A DNA stretch of 63,363 nt, the filler included, from Octopus bimaculoides (taxonomy: Eukaryota): assembly GCF_001194135.2 (NCBI RefSeq). It is 4 parts of 4 records of this genome, joined end to end, with 100 filler letters (N's around TTAATTAATTAA, not from the genome) between each part and the next. Parts side by side here need not be neighbours in the genome. Positions count along the whole stretch, not along the records: positions 1 to 29,662 come from NC_069000.1; 3 more parts are not named here. One strand, 5' to 3'. This document shows, one piece after another, positions 12,301 to 23,800 of the stretch. The notes under the pieces were generated by a model, which did not search any database, was not told the DNA's origin, and worked only from the letters and a program-made list of their open reading frames with translations. The translations under genes were made by a program, and so were the position numbers. Each line of letters starts with the position of its first letter. Position 1 is the stretch's first letter.

Positions 12301-14763
12301 TCTTAATTCCTCTTCCTCTACCTTCCACAACTCCTTCTCCTCACCTTCTTATTCTACATCCACCCAAACTCTTCACACGTTGATTCCCACTTCCCTATTC
12401 AAGCCTTCAACCATATATTTATTTATTTATCGATAGATAGATAGCTGGACAGACAGACAGACAGACAGACATCTCTTTTATCTTTCACTTGTTTCAGTCA
12501 TTAGACTGTGGCACCAGCTTGAAGGGTTTTAGTCAAAGGAGTAGACCCCCAGGACATTTTAAACCTGTTACTCATTCTATCAATCTCTTTTACTGAACTA
12601 CAAAGTAATGACAATGCAAACAAACCAACACCGGTTGTCAAGCAGTGTTGGGAAACAAACACAACAACAAATCCTATCAATAAAATTCTCAAAGATTATT
12701 TGATTTTGTTCACCTTTTTTTCTAAAGAGCTTATTTAAAATTGGACAGTTTGACCGGGGTCTGGCAAGCCAGGAGGCTGCACCAGGATCCAGTCTGATCT
12801 GGCAGTGTTTCTACAGCTGGATGCCCTTCCTAATGCCAACCACTCCGAGAGTGTAGTGGGTCCTTTTTACATGCCACCGGCAGAGGGGCCAGAGGAGGCT
12901 GGAAACGGCCACAATTGGTTGGTGCTTTTTACGTGCCACCGACACAGAAGTCAGTCAAAGTGACGCTGGCATCGGCCACCTTTGGATGATAATAAATGAA
13001 CAGAAGTTACATAATCATAAATGATTGTGTAACTCCTGTTATAGTCGTTTCTGCTATAGGTAGGTGTGCACCCAGAACTGAGTGCTCATACGACAGAGCT
13101 TCACACACACAAAAGAGGCAAAAAGTAATACTTACCACACTGACAATGGCATTCATCCATTCACTGTAAAAAGAGGGAAAAAAAGTATTAACTAATACAT
13201 ACCAGCACTGATGCAAATGGATGCTGAAGCTGAGAGTTGACTGACTGTGAAAATAGTTTTATGAAATTACATGTTACGCAGCTACTATAAATTAGGGTTA
13301 AAAACAGAACAACAATATTTGGTAAATTTCACTGTTAAACGAATGACAATAGTAAAAATGCAGGTGACAATAAAAGGGGATTAATGGAAGGTCAGTGTTT
13401 TATCAAACACAAATGGAAGGAAAATTCTAGGCCTTTCATTATCATGTGTATCCATCAATGGGAATTTACTGACAAAAAGAGAGAAATGGGTAGAAGAAAT
13501 AGTAGTAGCACAATGTTGATGCCATCTCACACAGTAAATATAAAAAGAAAAAAATTACAAATGCCAACCAAACCAGGGTTTCCAAATTTGCTCCAATGAG
13601 ATTCTAACAGCTCTGCTTTGCTGCTTGTTAGTTTTCAAGTATTTTACCAGTTGTCCCACTCCAGAAATATCAAAACCTTCCCTCTGAAATTTCAAATGAT
13701 GTGAAATAATGCATTAATAATAATTGTTTTAAATTTTGACACAAGGCCAGCAGCTTTACAAGGGAAAGTGGGGCGGGGGAGTCAATTACATCAACCCCAG
13801 GATTTGACTAGTAATTTACTTCATCAATCCAAAAGGAAAAAGTAAAGTTGATCTTCTTGGTTGGATTTGGAACTTAGAATGTAAAGGGGCAGAATGAATA
13901 CTGCAAAGCAAATAATAATAACTCCTCTCCTCCACCAACATAATTCCACTCAACACCAATGACAAAACATCCCCAGATGGACGTAAGCATTTAGTGACTG
14001 ACAGTCACAAATGTTTAGTGGCAGATTGTGAAAAGAATGACACTGGATGTTCCAATATTGGAGATCTGAGATGAATTATGCTGTTTGATAAGAAGACACC
14101 TACCATCACATAAATTCCACCAGATCAAAATCAAACCACTAAAAGCTGACCTTTAAAAGGTCATGTAATTCTTAGTTATGATATTAATGATCTTAACTCT
14201 TTTAATACTAACTCACCAGTCTGCCTCTCATGTTACTTAGTGATTCAAACAAGCAGCTTTGCCCTGACAAAAGTCATTTTACTTATTTTTCATTATTTTG
14301 AAAACTAATATGAATTCTAATCATGCCATCAACGAGCTTGATTCTGTTGACAACAGCTCCCCTGTGACCAGCCCACCTCAAAATTCTTCATTATTCCAAA
14401 AATTGACTGATGCAAAGACATTGCATTGCAACAGAAATATTATGACAAAGGGAAAAATCCAACAGTGTGTGAAATACAGAACAGCAATGGTGATTGACCC
14501 CATCTCACCACTACACTACAGTCAACTAGTTGTGAACCAATAACAGGCACCAAACAGTTATGGAGTTGTTCCCTTTTTGTCACAAGCGCAGACACCAAAA
14601 AGGAAAGAAGAAAAATTTAAAAAAAACAACCTCCAGCCTTTACTCAAATATTATTGACATAAGCAAAGTATGCAACTCTACAGCTACATTGGTACATTGT
14701 CAACATAAGCACACAGGCTAATAAGTACACATGCTAATGAGCACATGCATAACTGTGTATGTA

Positions 14764-14820
<57 letters not shown>

Positions 14821-17800
14821 TTATAAGTCGTCATCATCACCACTTAATGCCCATGTTCCATGCTGAGATGGGTTGGACAATTTGACAGGATAAAATGGAT
14901 CCAAGGACTGCATCATATCCCAGTGCTTGCCTTGCTGCTGTAGTTTCTATGACTGGCTGATCCTCCTAATGCCAACCACTTCATAGCATGAGCGAGATAC
15001 TCTTTCCATACCACTAGCCGAAGTGAGGTCACTACGCACCTGCGATACTACAAACTCTGTGGGAATGGCTTTATAGAAGGAGATGAGGGAAGAAAATATT
15101 AAGGAAGGGGCCAGAGTAAAATAAGATTTCTGTTGTAGAGGAGTTACATGGCTCCCCACATTTCAAGAAGAAAGGGGGTGAGTGAATAGGATGGAGCTGG
15201 AAAGTGATAAAATAAATAATGGTAATGAGATGTCAGCATTGAGCTTCAAGTTATGAGGTGGGTAGGAATGAGTGGGACCAAGGAAACAGAAGAAGTGTGG
15301 GTGAGTAGAGATTATAAGAATGTATGGGCGAGTGCAAAATGAAGAATGGATGAGGGAAAATAGGTAACAACTGTTAAAGATCAGGTTGAAGGGTGGACGT
15401 GGTGAATGGAGAATAACTAATGATACACCAGTTGAGAGCAGTAGGGGGAGGGGAATACACAAACAGACAAAAAAAAGAGGATTTCATCAAATGGAAAATA
15501 ACTGACTGTGTATTCGCACATGAGCAGTTACTGATTCTTCAGTGCTGCTTATAATTCATTCTCTCCCAATATGTTGTGGAATAGCAAGTTTGACACTAAT
15601 TTGTCTTAAATGCAGTGAACCAATGATAAACCAATTAAAGATATGTGCAATCAACAGTCAAAACTGGTGTGGCAGTGTGGTTAAGAAACTCACTTTGCAA
15701 GCTGTAATTTGGGGTTCAGTTCCGCTGTATGGCATGTGTGTATGAGTGTCTGTGTTTTTCACCCTGCCCCTGCTTGACAAAAGAGACTAATATACTAAGT
15801 ACTAGACTTAACAAACCATAAGTACTGGGGTCTATTTATTGGACCTTTCAGGGGTGGTGCCAAATGGACTGAAACAAGTAAAAAAGATGAAAAGGTAAAT
15901 GAAACAACAAAAACAATAGGAAATACACAAACTTTAGTTCATTGTCATTAGTGAACAGAAACCATATGATCTTGGCACGGCTGCTTGGTTTGACTGGAAT
16001 AGCCAGGAGATGCTCCAGCTTGGCACCAGCTGGCAAATCAGGTTGATCTGGCATGCCATTTGTGTACTGACCAACACTAAACCATTTGCAGACTTCCTGT
16101 GTTAAAATAAAATGAATGAAAGGAAGAAGAATGAGAGATGTACATAAAGTATTCGGTTGTCAAGTATGAAATTTGTAAAAAAAGAAAACAAAAAGTTTGC
16201 TAATGTTTTATAAATACAAGGAATAGTTTTATTCATCAAAATATGCACCCATATTGTCAATACACTTTTGCTATTTCAGCGGTAGCTTGTCCAGCCCAGG
16301 ACTGTGAAAGCCTGGCAATCTGGAGTCAATAAAATTTTGGAAGGCCTGTTTTACACCATCATCGGAATCAATTTTTTTCCTATTAAAAAGTGATCCAAAT
16401 TCTGGAAGTGGTCGTCAGTGGGAGCAAGATCAGGTGAGTATGGGGGGATGAAGGAGAAGTTCCAATTCCAACTCCTGTAGTTTCACCAATGTCATTTTTG
16501 TGATGTGTGGTCTGGTATTGTCTTGCAATAAAATAGGAGTGGATCTGTTGACTAATCTAGGCTGTTTTTTTGCAAAGTTTCTGCATCATTTGACCCAACT
16601 GGCTGCAGTATACTTCTGCAGTGATTGATGAGCCAGGTCTAATGAAATCCTAATGGATCACACCTGCACCAGATCACCAAACACACACCATCAGCTTCTT
16701 TTGATGAATTTTGCTTTTTGGACTGTGTTTTGGTGGCTTATCTTTGTCCAACCATTGTTCTGAATGTTTACGGTTGTTGTATTGGATCCATTTCTCATCA
16801 CATGTTACAATTTGATTTTAAAATTATTCATTTTTGAGACGAGAGAGTAGCATTACACAGTCTTCCAAACGTTGCTGTTTCTGATTTTCATTGAGTTTGT
16901 GTGGAACCCACTTAGCCAACTTTTTCACTTTGAAATAAATGAGTCAATATTGTTTGCTTGTTAACACCAATCAACAACAATAATTCAGAGGCACTTTGAG
17001 ATGGATCTGACTCAACGGTGGCTTTCAGTTTGTCATTATCCACCTTTGTTTCTGGTCAACAAGGCCTGAAATGTCAGCGGAAAGGGCTAGTCAATTACAT
17101 CAATCCCAGGGATTAACTAGAACTTATTTTATTGGCCCCAAAAGGATGAAAGGCAAGGCCAACCACAGTGGAATTTGAACTTAGAATGTAAAGCTGAAAG
17201 AACTGCTGTGAAGCATTTTGTTGGCATGCTAGTGACTCTGCCAGCTTACCATTTTCAAAATAATAATTCTTTCTACTATAAACACAAGACCAGAAATTTT
17301 GCAGGAGGGGACAAGTCAATTACACTGATCCCAGTGCTCAATTGGTCCTGGTTTTAGCAATCTGGAAAGGATGAAAAGGTAAAGTTTCAACTCAGGACAT
17401 AAAGACAGACACATGGAATGTTGTTAAGCATTTTCTCCAGTGTGTCAACAATTCTGCCAGCTCTCTCCATCTCAGATTGATAGTCATAATGTCTCCAGTT
17501 AGCTTTGCTGGAAACACAGCTTATAGCCTGAACAATCATTGTTTCTGAATTGAGACACAAGGCCTGCAGTTTGAGAAAAAAAAAAAAGATTAAGTAATAT
17601 TTCATTTGACTCCAGTGCACAAGACCGGAATTTGTTGGGGAGAAAATTGGGAATAGTTGATTATATTGAGCTTAACCTGTTTTATCAACACTAGAAGGAT
17701 AATAATAAACATCAGTATTTCATCGACCTTGGAGAGACGAAAGATTAAGTTAACTTCAGCTGAACTTGAACTCAGAAGGTAAAGAACTGGAAGAAATACT

Positions 17801-20800
17801 GCATTTCCTCTGTTCTCATGGTTTTGCCAATCCACTGGCCTTAAATAATTGTTTCTAACGTTAGCAGACAGTCTGGAAATGTTAAAGCTGGTTAGGGTTA
17901 GGGTTAGGGTTAGTTGATTGAAGTAAGCCTAGTACTTGATTGGTTATTGATCCAATTTTATCTTTGGCCAGCTCACCGCCTTAATAATAACAACTTTCAT
18001 TACCAACTACCATCATCATCATTATCATCATCACCACCACCATTGTCATATCTGTTTTTTGTATATATGTCTACTGCCCCACTGTGATAATGTGTCACAG
18101 TTCCTTAGTCCATCCTCATATCCCATAGATGATGATGATGATTCTTTAACTTAGTCCTCAAATTCGGGGAGAAGTGAACAAGAGAAATATGTACTCGGCT
18201 GGTACTTATTTTTGTTGCTGCCAGAAGGATACGATTAAGGGCAAATTTGACTTTGGCCAGAGGTCAAATTACAATACCCCACCCCACCCCCATCCACATC
18301 CAAATCCCCTTATCTGGAACCCAAGTAACTTACCTTCAGTAGAATATCTCCTTTGGAATCTGAATCTGTCTGTTTCTTATACCATTTCAAGACGGAATTA
18401 TTATGCAGTACAACCCACACTTTTCTCCAGCCACCATCCAGGAAACTTTCTGATGTTTCAAAAAAAAAAAAAAAAACGAAAAAAAAAAATTCATAATTGC
18501 TGTTGTTATTGTTGTTGCCTTGCCGTATTTGTTGCAACTCTTTACATTCTGATTTCAAATCCCACTGACTTATGATCAAGCAGGTTTATAATCAAGTTGA
18601 CTTATGATCAAGCAGATTGATGATTAAAGCTATTCAAGCCATGAACCATTCTACTCCAGCCTTTTCCTCTTTCAGGAACTCATAGACCAACCTTTTTCAA
18701 GATGGTAGGGGAACTTAGCAGCTGTTTCTAGGAAATCAAGGGACCACAGAGAAGCTTAAGTAATCAGTCTTAGAAATTAATGCTAATAATTTTGTACACG
18801 GAAGCAATTTTTTTTTTATCTTCAGCAAAACAAAAATGTGCTGCTTGTGATGATGATGGCCATGAAACGGCTCTCAACAGGGAAGCAACTTTGAGGCGAA
18901 AGAAGTCAGTTGATACCAGTGACTCCCCCCCACACACACACACACTATATGACTGGTACTGTATATCATCAACTTTGAAGGGATGAAAGCCAAAGGAGAC
19001 CTTAGCAAGGTTTGAACTCAGATCCTAGAAACAAGAAATATCACAAGCATTCAATTAGATGCTCAAGTGATTCTAGAAATCTGCTGCTATAATAATAATG
19101 ATAATAGTGGTTTCAAATTTTGGCACAAGGCCAGTAATTTTAGGAGAAAGAGGTAAGTCAATTACATTGACCCCAGTACTCAACTGGTATTTATTTCATC
19201 AATCCCAAAAAGCTGAAAGGCAAAGTCTGCTCATGATTCTGCCAGCTTGCTACCTTAACAATAGTAATAATAATAATGGTTTCAAATTTTGGCACAAGGC
19301 CATCAGATTCATGGAAGGAGGCAAATCAATTACAGCAACCCTATGTTTGGCCGGAACTCTTTTTATTAATCCCCAAAAAGATGAGAGGCAAAGCTGACCT
19401 CACTGGAATTTGAACTCAGAACGTGAGGATGAACAAAATGCAGCCAAGCATTTTATCCGGTATGCTAACAATTCTGCCAGTTCGCCACTGTCATAATAAT
19501 AATAATCCTTTCTACTAACAGCAGAAAACCTGAAATTTTGGAAGAGGAGACAAGTCCATCACACTGACCCCCAGCGTTTCACTTGTACTTATTTTATTGA
19601 CACCAAAAGTATGAAAGGTAAAGTCAATCTCAGCAGAATTTGAACTCAGAATACAGCAACGGGTGAAATGAGGCTAAGCATTTTGTATGGCATGCTAACG
19701 GTTTTGCCAGCTCACCACCTTAATTATAATAATGGTTTCTAATTTTGGTACAATGCCAGCAGTTTTAAGAGGAGCGGCAAGTCAATGACATGGACCTCAA
19801 TACTTGATGGATACTTATTAACCAGGAAAAGATGAAAGGTGAAATTGATCTTAGCAAGATTTGAGCTCAAAACGTGAAGAACTGCAACAAATGTTGTATG
19901 GCATTTTTTCTTTATTGGCCACTGGGGCTCCACAACTTAAAATTCAAAATCAATTTATACAAAATGGCTGAAAAACATGTTGAGATATACTTAGAAACAG
20001 GTAAGAGGCAGAATACAATAGAAATAATAACATAAAAGCAGATGGAATATTTGTAACAATTGCAATGAAAAGGACTCACAAAGTGCTAGGAAGAGTCACT
20101 CATAGAAAACTACACATCTATCTCTGAAGATATCCAACTAAATGTGGATTTTTTTACATCTAAAATAGCTTGAATGCTGATAATTCAAACCTAAAGCCGG
20201 ATTGAAACATCTGTCGGATTTTCTTTTTCATTATTTCATTTGCAGATCCGGTCCCTTTTATATCCTGAATCTTATATGTATGTCTTTTGCATTGTGATCC
20301 AAATAAATTTTAACCAAGCATCCACTATATTTTTCCTTCTCCATTTTCTTTTATAGCCCTTTAGCTTATAAGCTCCAGTCAAACCACTTAACCCATGCTG
20401 ACATGGAAAACAGACGATAAACGGGAATGACATATTAAATTTTTAGAAGAAAAAGGTTGGCAGTGACTCTGAACTTTCAATTTGCTTGCCATCAGTCATT
20501 AGTCTGATGATGGCAAACAAGTTGAAACTTCAGAGGAGTCACTGACCACCTTTTCCTTGGCAAAGTTAATTAATAGGTATCCTACTAAAACATACAGAGT
20601 AAACCTTCAGTTTAATGTGTTAACAGTTTGAGTGTGTGTGTGTGTGCACGCGCATGCATGCATGTGTGTGTGTGTAAAACTTGATTTAAGACCAAACAGT
20701 AATGTATATACATATACGAGTGTGTGTCAACATGTACACGCACATATATCTATGCGTATGTGTATAGAGAGAGAGAGAGGGAGTGTGTGTGATAGTCAGC

Positions 20801-23800
20801 GCAAGATAGAGAAGTGAAGCAGGCTAGCAAAGAAAAAAGCAACTGCTAAGTTGGTATGGTTCAAGTGTGTAATTTACATCATCAAGTTTGGTTATTTTAA
20901 ACTGAAGTCAGGTGACCAGAAACTAATTAAGCTTTTAATTAACTTGCTGACAGGCTGGAAAAGTTTGTGGTTAAATTATTCATCTAATTACTGTAACACA
21001 TTGTCCTTGGTGACCTGAATCACATCACTAACTTGCTTATTTTTATTTCATATTAACAAGTTATCATGGGCAATGGTGGTCTCATGTAGCTTGCCATAAA
21101 GGTTGTCTCTTCTCTGAAGAACATATGGGAAGAGGGGCTGCAAAGCTGTCCTGGGCATCTAGGAGCACAGCCCTCTCTCTCCATAGTATCTTTATGTAAG
21201 TGGATGGGTAGGTATTGAGAGGTCATGAATATTTGATGGTTGAGAGGAGATAATCAAGTATACCACATAACATATATATCATCATCATCATCATCATCTA
21301 ATGTCTGCTTTCCATGCTGGCATGGGTTGGATGGTTTGACTGAGGGCTATATACATATGTGTAAGTGTATACACATATATATATATATAGATATATATGT
21401 AAACATACATGCATCTAGACATATACATCTGCACACACATATCAAACATACAAGTACATACACACATTACATTTTACTTCTACAGATGAACTGGCCTAGA
21501 ATATTATCAAACAAAACAGCAATAAAAACAGAAGGAAACATTAAACATCAGCATTTTTCAGGTCATTTGTTTGTAATCAACAAAATATCCTGCCATTGAT
21601 CAAAGAGTTTCATTGATTTGAAGAGGTGTGCAGATTCCTTTCTGTGGTACTAAACTCTAAACTACCATCTACGAATAAGGCTTCTAAAAGCCTGCAGGCA
21701 GCACAGGCTTGCCTATCAGGAGACTACAGACAAGGAATGGCAACAGTTGCAGGTAGGGAAATGAAAGGGGGGGGGTGCCGACTAGGTTCTTTTTTTTTCT
21801 ATTTTTCTTTTAATTAGACATGGTTAGGAACAGACCTATTTTACCCGATCTACGAGATCCACACATGGGGCCACACAACAGCTGCCGAATGAAATAATCA
21901 AAACCACTTAATTTGTTATGGCCTCCTGAAAAAATTGAGAGAAGTTGTAAAATATACAGAAGATCATCGTTGATATCACACCAAATGTACACACAATTTC
22001 CACAATAAATATTCCTGTTGTTTGATTTAACCTTTTCATACTGACCTGCATGAGTCTGCCCCCACCCCACCCCCTGGGTCTTTGATACAAACTTTCTGTT
22101 TTAATGAGACATACATTAAAACCTTCCATCAAAATTCCATGTTACTTAATGTTCCAAACATCAGCTTAAATCATGTCAAAGCTATTTTACAAAATTCTTT
22201 GTAATTTTCAAAACTTAATTGAAACAAAAGCAGTTTGTGGTAATGAATCAGTGAAGGAGCAGGGAACAGTACTTCCGAGTAGTTGTGTAAGCCTTCATCT
22301 GAATTCAGTTATAATATTAACCCCAGTACTTAACTGCCACTTTATTTTATCAACTCCCAAAACGACAAAAAAAGTTGGTTTTGGTTGAATTTAGACTCAG
22401 AACCACAAGGCATTTGGTTTCTGCCAATCTGCTACCTCCGAGGCATAGGAATTACCATCATCTTTGTTTTAAGGTCCATTTTTTCCTGACTACATGGATT
22501 GGATGAAATTTATTGAGGCCAGATGCCCTTTCTGTTGCCAATTCTTACTTGTTTCCAAGTAAGGTAATATTTCCCAAGGCCAAATATGTTTTCATGAAAG
22601 ACTGAAAATGAAAGTCAGCACTAGTAAGATGTTTGTTTACAACTATCACAAAGCAACACAAATAAAAACAGTTTAGAAAGTTAAAAGTTATGACTGGTCA
22701 TAAAGTGACTATGATTGGTCATAACTTTTAACTTCCTAAAAAATACATCACTGTTCTAATACTTTAGAGTGTGCTTCTTTTCTGGGATGTATTAAGACAT
22801 TAATGATATATATCATCATCATCATCATCGTTTAACGTCCATGTTCCATGCTAGCTGTTTTGGCAGGATTTTAACAAATTATTCATTTATTCTTTCATAA
22901 TACAACTTTACAGAGGATTTACTAGGCTATCCCTGCTGGGGTTCAACGTTGGAGTTTCAACTAACTTTAATACATGACTAAAAATTTGTGACTGGTAAAT
23001 ATTTTACGTAGAGAAGCTGGCATGACTGTGTGGCTATTGCAACCACATGACTTCAGGTTCAGCCCCACAGTTCAGTACCATTGCACTATAGGGCTGAAAA
23101 AGCTTGGTTTGATGGAAACTATGCAAAATTCTGTCAGTCAGATTAAACCTGGGAGNNNNNNNNNNCATTTACAAAGGCCAAAGCCATTGCTCATTCCTTC
23201 AGACCAAACCAATGTCAGCATAAATAAATAAAAATTCAATCCAGCAACATTCAGTTGACACAGGTGGAAGAGTCATTAGGATAAACGGTCCCACAGCGTT
23301 TGTTCTGTAAGATTGTGCTCTGATCCTATAGGGGTCGCCTTTGCTTGTCATCCTTTCAGGGTCAATAACAAGGTTCCATTCCAGAGCCATGGGTTGGTGG
23401 AACTGAAAGTATGTCAGACCAAATGCTTTGCAACATTTTCTTTGGATCTTTGTATTCTGAGTTCTAATCCCATCAAAGCCTGCTTGGATGACAGGCTCAA
23501 TATGTTCCTCTGCTTTAGCACCACCACCTGGCACTTTACTTAAGCCCTTCACTCTCCATGGAACATAAGTCATCAACAGCTTTTCTCCAGAAAAGCTCTG
23601 AGTTGTAAGACATTTCCTTCCTGGTTTTGAATTACCATCGATGTTACTGTTTCTAGATAGAAATGTTGGCCCCACACAAACCCATTTTTACCTCTCAGAA
23701 GAGGTGGTCCATATTGCTCTGGCCTCATATATATATATATATACTGTTTCCTATTAAGTTATGGTTTCTTCTTCTCTTAGCACTATCAGTCTCAGACATA

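Noticed and set aside
21810-22132. ORFs 21810-22070 and 21908-22132 as extra exons
   Set aside because: Not needed for the frame between exons 1 and 2 and no motif; probably part of an unclassified repeat.
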